The position numbers were made by a program, and so were the translations under genes. DNA of 64,000 bases from Oceanispirochaeta sp. (GTDB lineage: Bacteria > Spirochaetota > Spirochaetia > DSM-2461): assembly GCA_963663385.2 (NCBI GenBank), contig CAXXXD010000002.1, positions 32,001-96,000 on the forward strand. Reading direction: 5' to 3'. Below are positions 8,323 to 19,085 of this stretch, one piece after another; position 1 is the first letter of the stretch, and each line of letters begins with the position of its first letter. Below the pieces are notes generated by a model. It was given only the letters and a program-made list of their open reading frames with translations. It searched no databases and was not told the DNA's origin.

Positions 8323-11300
8323 ATCATCCTTTAACCCTCTGGAAGCGGATCTTCTGACATCGGTCCGGCTGGAAGCGTCAGCAGGTACAGGGAAAACCTA
8401 TAACCTGGAGAGGGTGGTCTGCGAGCTGGTGGCCCGGTACGAAATTCCCCTCTCCAGGATACTTGTCGTGACCTTTACCAATAAGGCTGCCCGGGAGCTG
8501 CGGGAGAGAATCCGGACTATATTGAGCGAACTCTCCCGGCCGGAAGCCGGACGGGAACCGAAGGAGCAGAAACTGCTGAGCGAAGCCCGGCATAACTATG
8601 ATCAGGCTGCCATCTATACGATCCATGGTTTCTGTCAGCATGTCCTGCAGACCTATCCCTTCGAATCCGGCTCTTCCTTTCAGCAGGAGTTTTTAAGTGA
8701 TAATTCCCTGGCGGAAGAAGGGGTCCGGGACTTCCTGTACGGGCGGTTCCGCCGGATCAGCGGGGAGGACCGGGATCTGATCAGAGGATTCCTTAAAGAC
8801 AGCTGCTCCCTTGAGGAGGGGATTGGAAAACTTGTCAGGATTGCCGCAGATGAGATGGATGCGGGGAACCTGACTCTTATCCCCGGCCGGAATCAGCTTG
8901 ACAGGGCTCTGGCAGAAACAAAGAATTTCGCTGCCGGGGAGGGGACTGTCTATCAGGCTGTTTCCGTGCTGTTCAATCTTTCCTGGAGCAGCGAGGAGGT
9001 CTTTGACGTCTTTAAAACCCTGAAAACCAGACAGAAAGCCGTCACTGCCGAGAAAATCGGCAAGGTCGGCGGCCTCCTGCCGGAAACCGGCGACCTCCCC
9101 TCATGGCTGGACTGGTTCTATAACAGACAGGATGATCTGGGGGCTGCCCCCGCCGAACTGCTTCTGAATATGGCCGAACCTGTACTGGAGGAGAAATGCG
9201 GAAAAGGCTGTTCTCTGGACGACCTTCCGGATAAAACCCTGATCCGCGGCATTACAGATCTCTTCGAGGCGCTGGAGCCGTTCAGCGACGGCGGGTTTTC
9301 GGCAAAGGGGATACACAGGAAGCTTCTGGGTTATGCTTTTCTGCGGGAAGCCGTGGACGGAGCCGTTCCCCTTATTCTGGACAAGAAAAAAGTACGGGGT
9401 TTACGGGATTTTTCCGATCTGATCCGGGTCCTCCATGACATTCTGACCGAGGAGCCGGACGGCCCGCTGGCCGCTACACTCCGGAATCAGTATAAAGTTG
9501 TTCTTGTCGATGAATTTCAGGATACGGACCGCCAGCAGTGGGATATATTCAGAATCCTCTTCGGTCGGGATGCAGACCATAACTATTTCCTTATAGGCGA
9601 TCCCAAACAGTCCATCTACGGTTTCCGCGGGGCGGATCTGGCCGTGTATTTTCAGGCCTGTGACAGTGTGGCAGAGGAGCAGCGCTTCTCACTTGGGACA
9701 AACTACCGTTCCAGAAGAGCTGTTGTGGCCGGCTGCAACTACCTCTTTGAGAGGCTGTTTGCCCTGCCTTCCATCGGCAGCAGGAGCGTTCCTTTTCAGT
9801 CCGTTGATGCCGCCGGCGTCAAGGGTGCCCTTCCCAGGGACAGCCAGGGGAGGGTACTCCCGGCCATGACCTTCTGCGAAGTCCGGTACCCGGGGGATAA
9901 AGATATCGAGTCCAGGGGGAACCTGAAGGATGCCTGGATTCAGGATATTGCCAGGCGGGCGGAAGAGATGATCCGTGACGGTTCAACCCTGGAGGATCAG
10001 GCGGGAGCCCGGCGCATTAAAGCAGGGGATATCGCTGTATTGATGGATACAAACAGGGACTGCGAAGCCATGCAGCTGCAGCTGGAGGATCGGGGGATCT
10101 CCGCTGTTATCTACAGCGACCGGCGGGTCCTGGATGCTCCTGAAGCAAACCTTTTCGGTCTTATCCTGAAATGCCTGGCCTTTCCAGCCGACAACAGCGC
10201 CCTCACGGCTCTGCTGATTTCTCCGGTTTTTCAGCTCAGTCCGGCCACCATTTCCCAGGTTGAGCAGAGTGAGCAGCTTGATCAGATTGTTATGGCGTTT
10301 CATCGCTGGAAGGATATTACCGACAGGGGCGGGCTTATAAGGGTATTCCACAGCCTTTTTGAACAGGAGAATATATTCCCTCTGGAAAGTCTGGAAATTT
10401 CCTGGAAAAACCGGCTTCTCCATCTGAGGCAGGGGGACCGGAGCTGTACGAACCTCCTCCATCTGGCCGAAATTTTTCATCAGGAGCAGAGGTCCCGCAA
10501 ACTGGATGCCAGGGGGCTCTATGACCACTATATCCGGCTGCGTCATAATCCGGGGATGGATGATCAGAGGCAGGTCCGTCTTGACAAGGACGGCGAGTCT
10601 GTTCAGATTCTGACCCATCATTCAAGCAAAGGCCTGGAATATCCGGTTGTTTTTTTCTGCGGTGCCCTGAACAACGGCTCTGTCGGAAACCGGCCGGATC
10701 TGACCTTCTACTGGGAGGGGAGGCGTTACCGGGACTATCTTCTGACATCCGACTCCCGGAAGAAAGCGGCTCTTGCCGACTGGGAGGAAAGGAAACGGCT
10801 CTATTATGTGTCTCTGACCAGAGCTTCCTCCCTTTTGTATCTTCCGTTCTTTCCCCAGGGGGATTTCTGTTATCTTACCAATATATACGCGGCCCTCTGC
10901 GGGGATGCCCTTGTGTCTGAGGAACATGCCCTGCTAAAACCGCTTCCGCTTGCGGAGCAGTGGCCTCTTCACTCTGAAGCGAAATGGCAGAAAAGCGGCG
11001 CCGTCAAAAAGAAAAAAGCGGCCCTCAATGATAAAATGGCAGAAATCCTGCAGGATATCTGTCATGAGAACAGTAACCTTTTCCGTTTCTCAATCCCCGC
11101 CGGGGAGGAAGCGGATACACTGCCCCTTTTCCCTCCGGGTTATCTGGAACAGCCGGAAGGGGATACGATCCGTCTGGCTGCGGCTTCCTGGAAGGGCGGG
11201 ACTCCCTTTTACAAGAGGATTATATCGGTTGAAAGTTTTTCTTCCCTTACTGCCGGAGCACACGGGAGGATTCAGGCCCGGGACATCGACTCTGCAATAG

Positions 11301-12097
11301 ATGACGCAGACCGGGATGCAGGAGACGCGGGCCCCCCGGAGGAGGATTTCCCCGAAGAAATTCCGGAAGAGCAGCCCGGTCCCCTGGGGCTGACCAGAGG
11401 CGCCGAGTTCGGGAATCTTGTTCATTATATTTTTGAGACAATCGATTTTTCCTGGGGGGATATCCCTCTGGACCAATGGTTTGCGAAGGGGGACGGTCCC
11501 ACCCCGCAGGAAGTCTTTCTGGAAGAAGCGACTGAACGGTTCTTTGATCAGAACTGGTGGGTTCAATCCCGGCTCGCTCTGGGAGAACTGGTCTGGAATG
11601 TTCTGAACTGCCCACTGAAAGGCTGCGGTGCTCTGAAGCATATGGGACCGGAAAACAGGAAACATGAGCTTGAGTTCCTTTTCCGCGTCTCCGAATCCAC
11701 CAGGATGCAGGTTCAGGAGTGGAGTGTTCCTGTTGAGAAAGGATTTCTGAAAGGATTTATCGATTTAATATTCCGCCATGACGGGAAACTGTATATAGGA
11801 GACTGGAAAACAACTGTGCCTGCAGGGAAAGGCGTGTTGGGTGATTATGATGAAACAAATCTGAATGATACCATGCACAGTCACCTCTATGATGTTCAGG
11901 CGATGGTCTATACTCAGGCCCTTCACCGGTATTTGCTCTCCCTGGATCCTGATTTCTCCTATGAAAGGGATTTCGGGGGGATTTTCTACTTTTTTGTACG
12001 CGGTATGGGAGAGGAGGGGACCCGGGGGGTCCATTTCTTCAGACCGGATATACAGGAACTTGCCGATTTTATGCCGGGGTGTCTGGATTATGCATAA
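8312..12097 (+). CDS. recB: Exodeoxyribonuclease V beta subunit
   Basis: EASAGTGKT, VDEFQDT and GDPKQSIYGFRGAD helicase motifs; C-terminal nuclease GFIDL..GDWKT. Confidence 0.93.
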   Translation: MKPESSFNPLEADLLTSVRLEASAGTGKTYNLERVVCELVARYEIPLSRILVVTFTNKAARELRERIRTILSELSRPEAGREPKEQKLLSEARHNYDQAAIYTIHGFCQHVLQTYPFESGSSFQQEFLSDNSLAEEGVRDFLYGRFRRISGEDRDLIRGFLKDSCSLEEGIGKLVRIAADEMDAGNLTLIPGRNQLDRALAETKNFAAGEGTVYQAVSVLFNLSWSSEEVFDVFKTLKTRQKAVTAEKIGKVGGLLPETGDLPSWLDWFYNRQDDLGAAPAELLLNMAEPVLEEKCGKGCSLDDLPDKTLIRGITDLFEALEPFSDGGFSAKGIHRKLLGYAFLREAVDGAVPLILDKKKVRGLRDFSDLIRVLHDILTEEPDGPLAATLRNQYKVVLVDEFQDTDRQQWDIFRILFGRDADHNYFLIGDPKQSIYGFRGADLAVYFQACDSVAEEQRFSLGTNYRSRRAVVAGCNYLFERLFALPSIGSRSVPFQSVDAAGVKGALPRDSQGRVLPAMTFCEVRYPGDKDIESRGNLKDAWIQDIARRAEEMIRDGSTLEDQAGARRIKAGDIAVLMDTNRDCEAMQLQLEDRGISAVIYSDRRVLDAPEANLFGLILKCLAFPADNSALTALLISPVFQLSPATISQVEQSEQLDQIVMAFHRWKDITDRGGLIRVFHSLFEQENIFPLESLEISWKNRLLHLRQGDRSCTNLLHLAEIFHQEQRSRKLDARGLYDHYIRLRHNPGMDDQRQVRLDKDGESVQILTHHSSKGLEYPVVFFCGALNNGSVGNRPDLTFYWEGRRYRDYLLTSDSRKKAALADWEERKRLYYVSLTRASSLLYLPFFPQGDFCYLTNIYAALCGDALVSEEHALLKPLPLAEQWPLHSEAKWQKSGAVKKKKAALNDKMAEILQDICHENSNLFRFSIPAGEEADTLPLFPPGYLEQPEGDTIRLAAASWKGGTPFYKRIISVESFSSLTAGAHGRIQARDIDSAIDDADRDAGDAGPPEEDFPEEIPEEQPGPLGLTRGAEFGNLVHYIFETIDFSWGDIPLDQWFAKGDGPTPQEVFLEEATERFFDQNWWVQSRLALGELVWNVLNCPLKGCGALKHMGPENRKHELEFLFRVSESTRMQVQEWSVPVEKGFLKGFIDLIFRHDGKLYIGDWKTTVPAGKGVLGDYDETNLNDTMHSHLYDVQAMVYTQALHRYLLSLDPDFSYERDFGGIFYFFVRGMGEEGTRGVHFFRPDIQELADFMPGCLDYA

Positions 12098-14060
12098 GGG
12101 ATCAGTCAGAGGGCTCAAGCGTTTTCTTGAGCTTAAATCAATAAGGGAGAATTCGCCCGCTTCCATCCGGGCAAGGATGAAGAATCCCGGAGGCGAGGGG
12201 GAGTTTATGCAGAAAGCCCTTCTCAGCGGGGCCGAAACCTATCAGATTTACGGTGCTGTTCATATGATTCGCACCAGGGGAAGCGAATCCGACAGGAACC
12301 GGGCGGATCAGCTGCGCTGGCTTCTGCTTTATATCCTCTATCAATCGGGGAACGGCCATATCAGAATTTCAAAAGAGGACCTGGCGGAAGATTTCCCCTT
12401 CTGGACGGACTCCATCTCTGTTGCCTGGAATCAGATGGGTTCCGAATTGTCCACTCTTGAAAACATTGATGCCCTGATAAAAAGGAATAAGGGAATCTTC
12501 GCCTGTCTCCCCGGGGGGACGGCCCCTGTAGTGATCTCCCCTGAGGGCTCCTCTCTCTATCTGCTCAAACGCTGGCGCTATGAAAGGCGGTTCCTTCAGC
12601 TTCTGGATCCCCTGTGCGGGGAAACTGGGCTGTCCTGCATTCCAGGGGCGGGTAACCTGTCGGAAACTCTTGACAGGGCATACGAAAACCTTTCCCGCGA
12701 TTCGTCCCTCCTGATGGGCCCTGAAACCCGGGCCGCCGCCGGGATGGTGGCAACCAGGCTCCTCTCTGTGATTACAGGCGGACCGGGAACGGGGAAAACC
12801 ACTATTCTGGGGGGGCTCCTGCGTCTGCTGCTGGAGGCGGGAATGGACGGAGGACAGAAAGTTATGAATATCCGCCTTTGTGCGCCTACCGGGCGGGCTG
12901 CCGGAAGGATGGAAGAGAGTCTCAGAGCCCTCATCGGAGACCCCCGGTACAAGGACGCCTTTGTCCGGGAACCCTGCACCCTTCATAAGCTTCTGGGACT
13001 TGTTCCCGGTTCTCCTCCCCGTTTCAACCGGCACAGGCCGCTTCCTGCAGACCTACTGGTTGTGGATGAGGCTTCCATGGTGGACCTGAATATGATGTAT
13101 TACATCCTTGATGCTCTCCGGCCCGGAGCCCGGCTTCTGCTTCTGGGTGATAAGGACCAGCTGCCGTCGGTTGAAGCGGGAGCGCTCCTTTCGGATTTTC
13201 TTTACGGCCGGGAAGAGCCCGGATACAAACTGGAGGGAGCTGTTCTCTCCCTTACGAGGGTACACCGGAACAGCGGGGCGATTCTGGACGGTTCAGGGAT
13301 GATCATCCGGGGAGAAACGGATGCGTTCCTTTCCTTTCTGGAACAGCCTCAGAGGCAGGGCGTGAAGGAGAATCAGGAAGAGAGCGGTCTTTTCCTTTAC
13401 AGGGATATCCCCGATTTCCGCACATTTCTCGAGCAGGCTGCGGGGGATTCCGGTTTGGCTGAAATGAGAAGGACGATTCCTCCTTTTACCGATTCCGTTT
13501 CTGCCTGGAGAGAGCACAAGGCAGAGATCAGCCGTTATTTCCGGCTTTTTCAGGAGGAGGTTATCCTTGTACCCTCCCGAAAGGGACTGTTCGGGGTCAA
13601 CTCCCTGAACCGAGCCCTCAGTGCTTATCTGGCTCCGGGCGAAGGCCCTGTTTTCCATGGCCAGCCCATTATGATTACCCGTAATGATTACGAGCGGGAA
13701 CTCTTCAACGGAGACCGCGGCGTCATCCTCTCCTTCGGAGGGCAGTTTTATGCTTTTTTCGAGTCACCAGGAAGTCATCCCTACAGGCACTACCCTGTTG
13801 CTCTTCTGGGAGAGTATCAAACCGCGTTTGCCCTTACTATTCACAAGAGTCAGGGATCGGAATACAGGCATGTCAGCGTAATCATCCCGGAAGGGGCGGA
13901 ACGGCTCCTTTCCCGGGAGATCCTCTATACAGGGGTCACCAGGGCAAAGGATAAGGTCACCCTCTTCAGCCGGAAGGACCTGATTCAACGCTCTCTGAGC
14001 CGGGGTGTCAGACGGCACTCGGGAATCAGGGAGTTTATCAGCGGAACCGGGGGTAGCTGA
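12090..14060 (+). CDS. recD: Exodeoxyribonuclease V alpha subunit
   Basis: GGPGTGKTT, VDEASM, GDKDQLPSV and TIHKSQGSEY; start placed at the ATG overlapping the recB end. Confidence 0.92.
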   Translation: MHKGSVRGLKRFLELKSIRENSPASIRARMKNPGGEGEFMQKALLSGAETYQIYGAVHMIRTRGSESDRNRADQLRWLLLYILYQSGNGHIRISKEDLAEDFPFWTDSISVAWNQMGSELSTLENIDALIKRNKGIFACLPGGTAPVVISPEGSSLYLLKRWRYERRFLQLLDPLCGETGLSCIPGAGNLSETLDRAYENLSRDSSLLMGPETRAAAGMVATRLLSVITGGPGTGKTTILGGLLRLLLEAGMDGGQKVMNIRLCAPTGRAAGRMEESLRALIGDPRYKDAFVREPCTLHKLLGLVPGSPPRFNRHRPLPADLLVVDEASMVDLNMMYYILDALRPGARLLLLGDKDQLPSVEAGALLSDFLYGREEPGYKLEGAVLSLTRVHRNSGAILDGSGMIIRGETDAFLSFLEQPQRQGVKENQEESGLFLYRDIPDFRTFLEQAAGDSGLAEMRRTIPPFTDSVSAWREHKAEISRYFRLFQEEVILVPSRKGLFGVNSLNRALSAYLAPGEGPVFHGQPIMITRNDYERELFNGDRGVILSFGGQFYAFFESPGSHPYRHYPVALLGEYQTAFALTIHKSQGSEYRHVSVIIPEGAERLLSREILYTGVTRAKDKVTLFSRKDLIQRSLSRGVRRHSGIREFISGTGGS

Positions 14061-14132
14061 AAAACGCTATTTGTATTATTTTTTCTTACAGCTGTTATGG
14101 AGCAGCTGATTTTGGAATTTCAGGAGAGAATT

Positions 14133-14618
14133 ATGGCTGAATGTCCCTGCGGAAGCGGCGTCGAATATGAAAAATGCTGCGGGGTTTATATTAAGAACGG
14201 AATCCCCGCCCCTACAGCGGAAAAGCTGATGAGGGCCCGTTATTCCGCCTATGCTCTGGGTGAGATTGACTTTATAATGGATACTCATGAAGTAGAAAAA
14301 GGGGATGAAGAGAATTCCCGGAAGGCTACCGAGAACTGGGCGAAAGGATCTGAATGGCAGGGCCTTGAAATCCTTAAAACCTCAAAGGGGCAGGAAGGGG
14401 ATTCTGTCGGAACCGTTGAATTCAAAGCCCACTACATGGTGGACCGGGCCCGGTATACCCATCATGAAATCAGCAAGTTCGAAAAGAAAGACGGGAAATG
14501 GATCTTTATGGAAGGTCAGGAAGTTAACCGTCCTGCCAAACGGGATGAAAACAAGGTCGGCCGGAATGATCCCTGTCCCTGCGGCAGCGGGAAAAAATAC
14601 AAAAAATGCTGCGGCTGA
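14133..14618 (+). CDS. YchJ family protein with SEC-C motifs
   Basis: CPCGSG at both ends, [34 protein letters not shown]. Confidence 0.9.
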   Translation: MAECPCGSGVEYEKCCGVYIKNGIPAPTAEKLMRARYSAYALGEIDFIMDTHEVEKGDEENSRKATENWAKGSEWQGLEILKTSKGQEGDSVGTVEFKAHYMVDRARYTHHEISKFEKKDGKWIFMEGQEVNRPAKRDENKVGRNDPCPCGSGKKYKKCCG

Positions 14619-14794
14619 TCCCTCGGCTTCGCTAGCCTGAAGTAGGTCGGCATGGCCGTGCCGACCTACGGGTAGGTTGCACCCCTCCTGTGGAGGGGAT
14701 GAGGGAGGTCTGGTCGTGCCTACCAATAGCCATTACTGCGAAGGGGAGAAATAAGGCGATTTCCCCCTCCTTCGGAGGGGGCCAGGGGGAGGCT
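14619..14794. repeat. Composite cluster of REP-like palindromes
   Basis: GTAGGTCGGCA/TGCCGACCTAC palindrome at 14642-14669; two CCCCTCC-GGAGGGG hairpins with GGGAGG tails; a CCCTCGGCTTCGCT fragment. Confidence 0.75.
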
Positions 14795-15038
14795 ATGATA
14801 ACTCCGACATCATCTGGTCTTTCAGGGTGGCGATAAACTCTTTGTAATGCCGGTTCTCCTCCTGAAGGCGCTTGATTTCAAACACCATCCACCTTACATC
14901 TTCCATGGCATCCACCACGTCATAGTCAAAATCTGAAGCCGGGTTGTATCTGATCCAGCAGAGGCTGTTCCCATTTCTCTTTTTTCTCTCAAATTTCTCT
15001 TCCAGCTCTTTCAGTCTGTTTTCATTCAGATCGTTCAC
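14793..15038 (-). CDS. Hypothetical protein
   Basis: 81-aa ORF with protein-like composition filling a gap. Confidence 0.6.
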   Translation of the reverse strand: MNDLNENRLKELEEKFERKKRNGNSLCWIRYNPASDFDYDVVDAMEDVRWMVFEIKRLQEENRHYKEFIATLKDQMMSELS

Positions 15039-15127
15039 CCTTTTAATGTACCCTTTTTTTGTGGAAATTCAGAGGAGCTGCCGGTAAATAAAGACAAAAA
15101 AAGGGGCATATGGTAGGGTGTCCTTCT

Positions 15128-15835
15128 ATGAAACAGGATATTTCCCAGAGGATCCTCTATGAGGATAACCATCTGATAATCGTCAATAAAGAGTGTTCTG
15201 AAATTGTGCAGGGGGATAAAACCGGAGACTCACCCCTAAGTGATACGGTAAGAGAGTTTATTAAAAAGAGGGATGCCAAGCCGGGGAATGTATTTATCGG
15301 AATCCCCCACCGTCTGGACCGGCCTACCAGCGGTATCGTTATTTTTGCCAAAACATCCAAAGCCCTCTCCCGTATGAACGAGCTTTTCCGTAGGAACGAA
15401 GTTCACAAAACCTACTGGGCTGTTCTGGGCGGCTGTCCCTCTGCCGGGGAAGATACACTGACCGACTATCTGAGGCGGGACAGACAACAGAATAAATCCT
15501 ATACCTGTCCTGCCGGAAGGAAGGATGCCAAAAAAGCGGTTCTTTCCTATAGAATCCTCCATTTTACCGGTCGTTATGCTCTGGCGGAAGTGGACCTCCA
15601 TACGGGGCGGCATCATCAGATCCGGGTCCAGTTCAGTTCCCGCGGGTACACCATCAAGGGAGATCTGAAATACGGGGCATCCCGGTCAAATCCCGGAGGG
15701 GGAATCCACCTTCATGCCAGACGGGTTGCCTTTGTCCATCCCGTCAGCAGGGTAGCGGTGGATGTTACCGCCCCTGTTCCTCCGGATGACAACCTCTGGA
15801 CTGAGCTCGAGAGAGAGGTTTCGGCACTTGGCTGA
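15128..15835 (+). CDS. RluA-family pseudouridine synthase
   Basis: HRLDRPTSG and TGRHHQIR motifs. Confidence 0.92.
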   Translation: MKQDISQRILYEDNHLIIVNKECSEIVQGDKTGDSPLSDTVREFIKKRDAKPGNVFIGIPHRLDRPTSGIVIFAKTSKALSRMNELFRRNEVHKTYWAVLGGCPSAGEDTLTDYLRRDRQQNKSYTCPAGRKDAKKAVLSYRILHFTGRYALAEVDLHTGRHHQIRVQFSSRGYTIKGDLKYGASRSNPGGGIHLHARRVAFVHPVSRVAVDVTAPVPPDDNLWTELEREVSALG

Positions 15836-16886
15836 ACTTCTGAGTAAAGGTCAGATAGAATCCCTTCTGGAGTGGTTTGACACAAACGGGGTTGCCTACC
15901 CCTGGGGAGATGATCCTTCTCCCTATAAGGTCTGGGTATCCGAGGTTATGCTGCAGCAAACCGTTGTAACCGCTGCTGTTGAGCATTTCAGGAGATGGAT
16001 AATTCTCTTTCCCGATATACGGGCCCTTGCTGAAGCGGAAGAGGAAGCTGTTCTGAAGGCCTGGGAAGGGCTCGGTTACTACTCCAGGGCCCGGAATCTC
16101 CGCAAGGGAGCTATCTATCTGATTCATGAAAAAGAAGGGGCACTCCCTGAGTCCTACAGGGAACTGACTGCTGTCCCCGGAATAGGAGATTATACAGCCC
16201 GGGCTCTTCTGAGCCTGGCCTTCGGTCTTCCCTATCCTGTTCTGGACGCCAATGTCCGAAGGATCGGTCAGCGCCTTCTGGCCTGTGCCGGATGGGAGAA
16301 GAGAGACGACATATTCCTCCTTGAAAAACTGGATAGGGTTATCCCCCGGTATACTCCGGGACTGTTTAACGCCGCCCTGATGCAACTGGGGCAGCAGGTC
16401 TGCCGGACAGGAAAACCCGACTGCCCTTCCTGCCCCCTGTTGAAGGCCTGCGCCGCACGCAGGAAGGGATTGGAAGAGAGTATCCCCCTCAGGAAAAAAC
16501 GGAAGGTGAAAGAGAAACATACGGTTCTCTTTCTGATCGTTAATAAGGGGCGTATTCTGATGATACGCCGAAGCCGCGGGATCGGGGAAGGTTTATGGTT
16601 TTTACCCGGCGTTGAAAAAAGCCGGGTTGCCGGTATCAGGAACTATGTGGAAAAGCAGGCTGTGGAGGCGGGATCTCTCCCTGTCAGTATTCACTACTAT
16701 ACCAGCTGGAAGGATTATCTCTACCCGGAAATATACGAATGCCGTCAGGCGGACCCTGTCTTTCAGGATAAATTCGATACCCCCCCGGAAGATCGGATGG
16801 AGTGGGTGGATCTGAAGAATCTTGAATCCTGTCCCACGCCCTCTGCTTATAGAAGGATATTAAACCGTTACCTTCTTTCCAGTTAA
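15828..16886 (+). CDS. mutY: A/G-specific adenine glycosylase
   Basis: SEVMLQQT, WEGLGYYSRARNL, HhH PGIGDYTA, Fe-S cysteine cluster; probable TTG start at 15828. Confidence 0.9.
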   Translation: MAELLSKGQIESLLEWFDTNGVAYPWGDDPSPYKVWVSEVMLQQTVVTAAVEHFRRWIILFPDIRALAEAEEEAVLKAWEGLGYYSRARNLRKGAIYLIHEKEGALPESYRELTAVPGIGDYTARALLSLAFGLPYPVLDANVRRIGQRLLACAGWEKRDDIFLLEKLDRVIPRYTPGLFNAALMQLGQQVCRTGKPDCPSCPLLKACAARRKGLEESIPLRKKRKVKEKHTVLFLIVNKGRILMIRRSRGIGEGLWFLPGVEKSRVAGIRNYVEKQAVEAGSLPVSIHYYTSWKDYLYPEIYECRQADPVFQDKFDTPPEDRMEWVDLKNLESCPTPSAYRRILNRYLLSS

Positions 16887-17028
16887 TTCTCAGCATCTCT
16901 TCCTTTTTACCGGCTCTCTCAGCCGGGAGTGGTGTGTTCTTTATGCACTAATGTGTTCTTTCTGCAACTGTCCGATTTCCATCGCCTTGTTCTTGCCTAA
17001 TCATTGATTATTATTGTAGGGTTTACAG

Positions 17029-18039
17029 ATGAACCTGTTCACTAAAAACACCTTTCTTTTTCTGATCGGACTGGTCCTGACAGTTTCATCCTGCCGGTCG
17101 GTTGATGAAATGGCCATTGATAAGATTTCAGAGATTATGTCTTCCGATTCCGGTTCGGGAGCCTTTACCCGTGATAACGATCCCCAGTTCGTGGCTGATG
17201 CTCTGCCCTTTGCCATGAAAATGTATGAGATGCTGATCGAGATGAATCCCGACGATGCGGATCTGCGTCTGGCTGCGGGTAAAACTTTTATTATGTATGC
17301 CAATGCTTTTCTGCAGACTCCTGCGGGGATGATGGGGGATGAGGACTGGTCCGAGCAGGAAATCATGCTCTACAGGGCCCGTAACATGTACCTGCGGGGA
17401 CGGAATTATGTTCTGTCGGCCATGGCTCTGAACCACGAGAACTTCAATGATCTGCTGGAAAGTGATCCTGATGCACTTCTGGAGCAGACCGGCCAGGTGG
17501 ATGCTTCCGCCCTTTACTGGGCCGCCGCAGGCTGGCTGGGAGCCTTTTCCTGCAATCCCTTTGACATGGAACTGGGAAGCCGGATCTATTTGCCGGTAGC
17601 GTTTCTTTTCCGGGGGCTGGAACTGGATGAAAAAGTAGAACGGGGCGGGGCTCATGAACTGTTTATTACCATATGGTCATCCATCCCCAGGGGAATTATC
17701 GAAAAAGCTCTGCTGACAGCTCCCCGGACGGCCGGTACCTTTGCTGCGGCCTACTATGGAGAGGCCGGTGTGGGCAGTGATGAAGAGAGCCGGGCAAGGT
17801 ATCACCTGAAGAGAGCCCTGGAGTTGTCCGGTGGATTAAACCCCTCACCCTATGTTTCCTTTGCAACGGGAATACCCGTCATGCAGCAGAACTATGATGA
17901 GTTTGAGATGCTGCTGAACAAGGCTCTGGCTATTGACCCGCTGGATGATCCGGATAACGAACTTGTTATTCTGATAACCCGGCAGAAAGCCTCCTGGTAT
18001 CTGGAACACCGGGAAGACTACTTTTTACAGGATTTTTAG
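17029..18039 (+). CDS. TRAP transporter TatT (T-component) lipoprotein
   Basis: Lipobox-like signal (VSSC); helical repeats; ALYWAAAGW; precedes dctP and dctQM. Confidence 0.8.
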   Translation: MNLFTKNTFLFLIGLVLTVSSCRSVDEMAIDKISEIMSSDSGSGAFTRDNDPQFVADALPFAMKMYEMLIEMNPDDADLRLAAGKTFIMYANAFLQTPAGMMGDEDWSEQEIMLYRARNMYLRGRNYVLSAMALNHENFNDLLESDPDALLEQTGQVDASALYWAAAGWLGAFSCNPFDMELGSRIYLPVAFLFRGLELDEKVERGGAHELFITIWSSIPRGIIEKALLTAPRTAGTFAAAYYGEAGVGSDEESRARYHLKRALELSGGLNPSPYVSFATGIPVMQQNYDEFEMLLNKALAIDPLDDPDNELVILITRQKASWYLEHREDYFLQDF

Positions 18040-18077
18040 CATGTTCCGGGTATTTGCTTTATATTGAGGATAGAGTT

Positions 18078-19085
18078 ATGAAAAATAGAAAAACAACAAT
18101 AAGCCTGTTACTGCTCCTTTTTCTTATGATGATGCCCCTTTCGGCTATCACCATTAAAATGGGGAGCCTTTTCCCGGAAGGAACGGAATGGGACCGCTCC
18201 CTGCGTAAAATTGTGCAGGAATGGAAAGAAATCACCGATGGCCGGGTCAATCTGAAAATCTATGCGGGAGGGATTGCCGGATCAGAAGAGGATATGGTTC
18301 GCAAGATGCGGATCGGTCAGCTTGACGCGGCGGTTCTTACATCTATCGGCATGAACAAGATCGTATCGGATTGCCTTGTATTCAGTCTGCCTTTTTTCAT
18401 TCAGAATGAGGAGGAGCTGGATTTTGTCCTGAAGGAACTGACACCGATCTTTGATGATGATTTTAATGAGAAGGGTTTCGAAGTACTCCTCTGGTCAAAA
18501 TCCGGGTGGATCAACTTTTTCAGCAGTCAGGAGGTTCATACTCCCGAAGATATACGTAAAACCAAAATGGGTGTCTCTCCGGGAGATGAAGAGATGATTG
18601 AAGCCTTCAAGGCTCTGAAGTTTAATGTGGTTCCCCTTAATCTGAATGATACCCTGATGGGGCTGCAGAGCGGAATGATCGATACGGTTTACACGGCGCC
18701 GATCGGTGCCGCCGCCTATCAGTGGTTCGCTCTGGCGCCTTATATGAATCCCCTCAACGTACTGCCGGTGATCGGAGGGATTGTTCTGTCGGACCGGGCC
18801 TGGAAGAAAATCCCTGCCCAGTATCATGAGGAACTGAAAGCTTCCATGAGGAGTATTGTGGAAGAAGGATTTGCCCGGGAAGCTGAAAAACTCAATAATC
18901 AGGCTATGGATGTTATGAAGGAAAACGGTTTGGTCATTTCGGAGATAACCGAAGAGGACAAGCAGGCCTGGTACGATCTTTTCGATGGAGATTACTGGAT
19001 GATCGTCGGTGATGACAAGGCTGTCGCGCCTGAAGTTTATCAGGAGGTAAAAGCCCGTCTGGAAGCCTTCAGGGCCGGTAAATGA
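18078..19085 (+). CDS. dctP: TRAP substrate-binding protein
   Basis: TDGRVNLKIYAGGIAGSEEDMVRKMRIGQLD; signal peptide. Confidence 0.9.
   Translation: MKNRKTTISLLLLLFLMMMPLSAITIKMGSLFPEGTEWDRSLRKIVQEWKEITDGRVNLKIYAGGIAGSEEDMVRKMRIGQLDAAVLTSIGMNKIVSDCLVFSLPFFIQNEEELDFVLKELTPIFDDDFNEKGFEVLLWSKSGWINFFSSQEVHTPEDIRKTKMGVSPGDEEMIEAFKALKFNVVPLNLNDTLMGLQSGMIDTVYTAPIGAAAYQWFALAPYMNPLNVLPVIGGIVLSDRAWKKIPAQYHEELKASMRSIVEEGFAREAEKLNNQAMDVMKENGLVISEITEEDKQAWYDLFDGDYWMIVGDDKAVAPEVYQEVKARLEAFRAGK

Noticed and set aside
8420..8435. E. coli Chi-like GCTGGTGG inside recB
   Set aside because: Isolated occurrences are expected by chance, and Chi sequences are lineage-specific.
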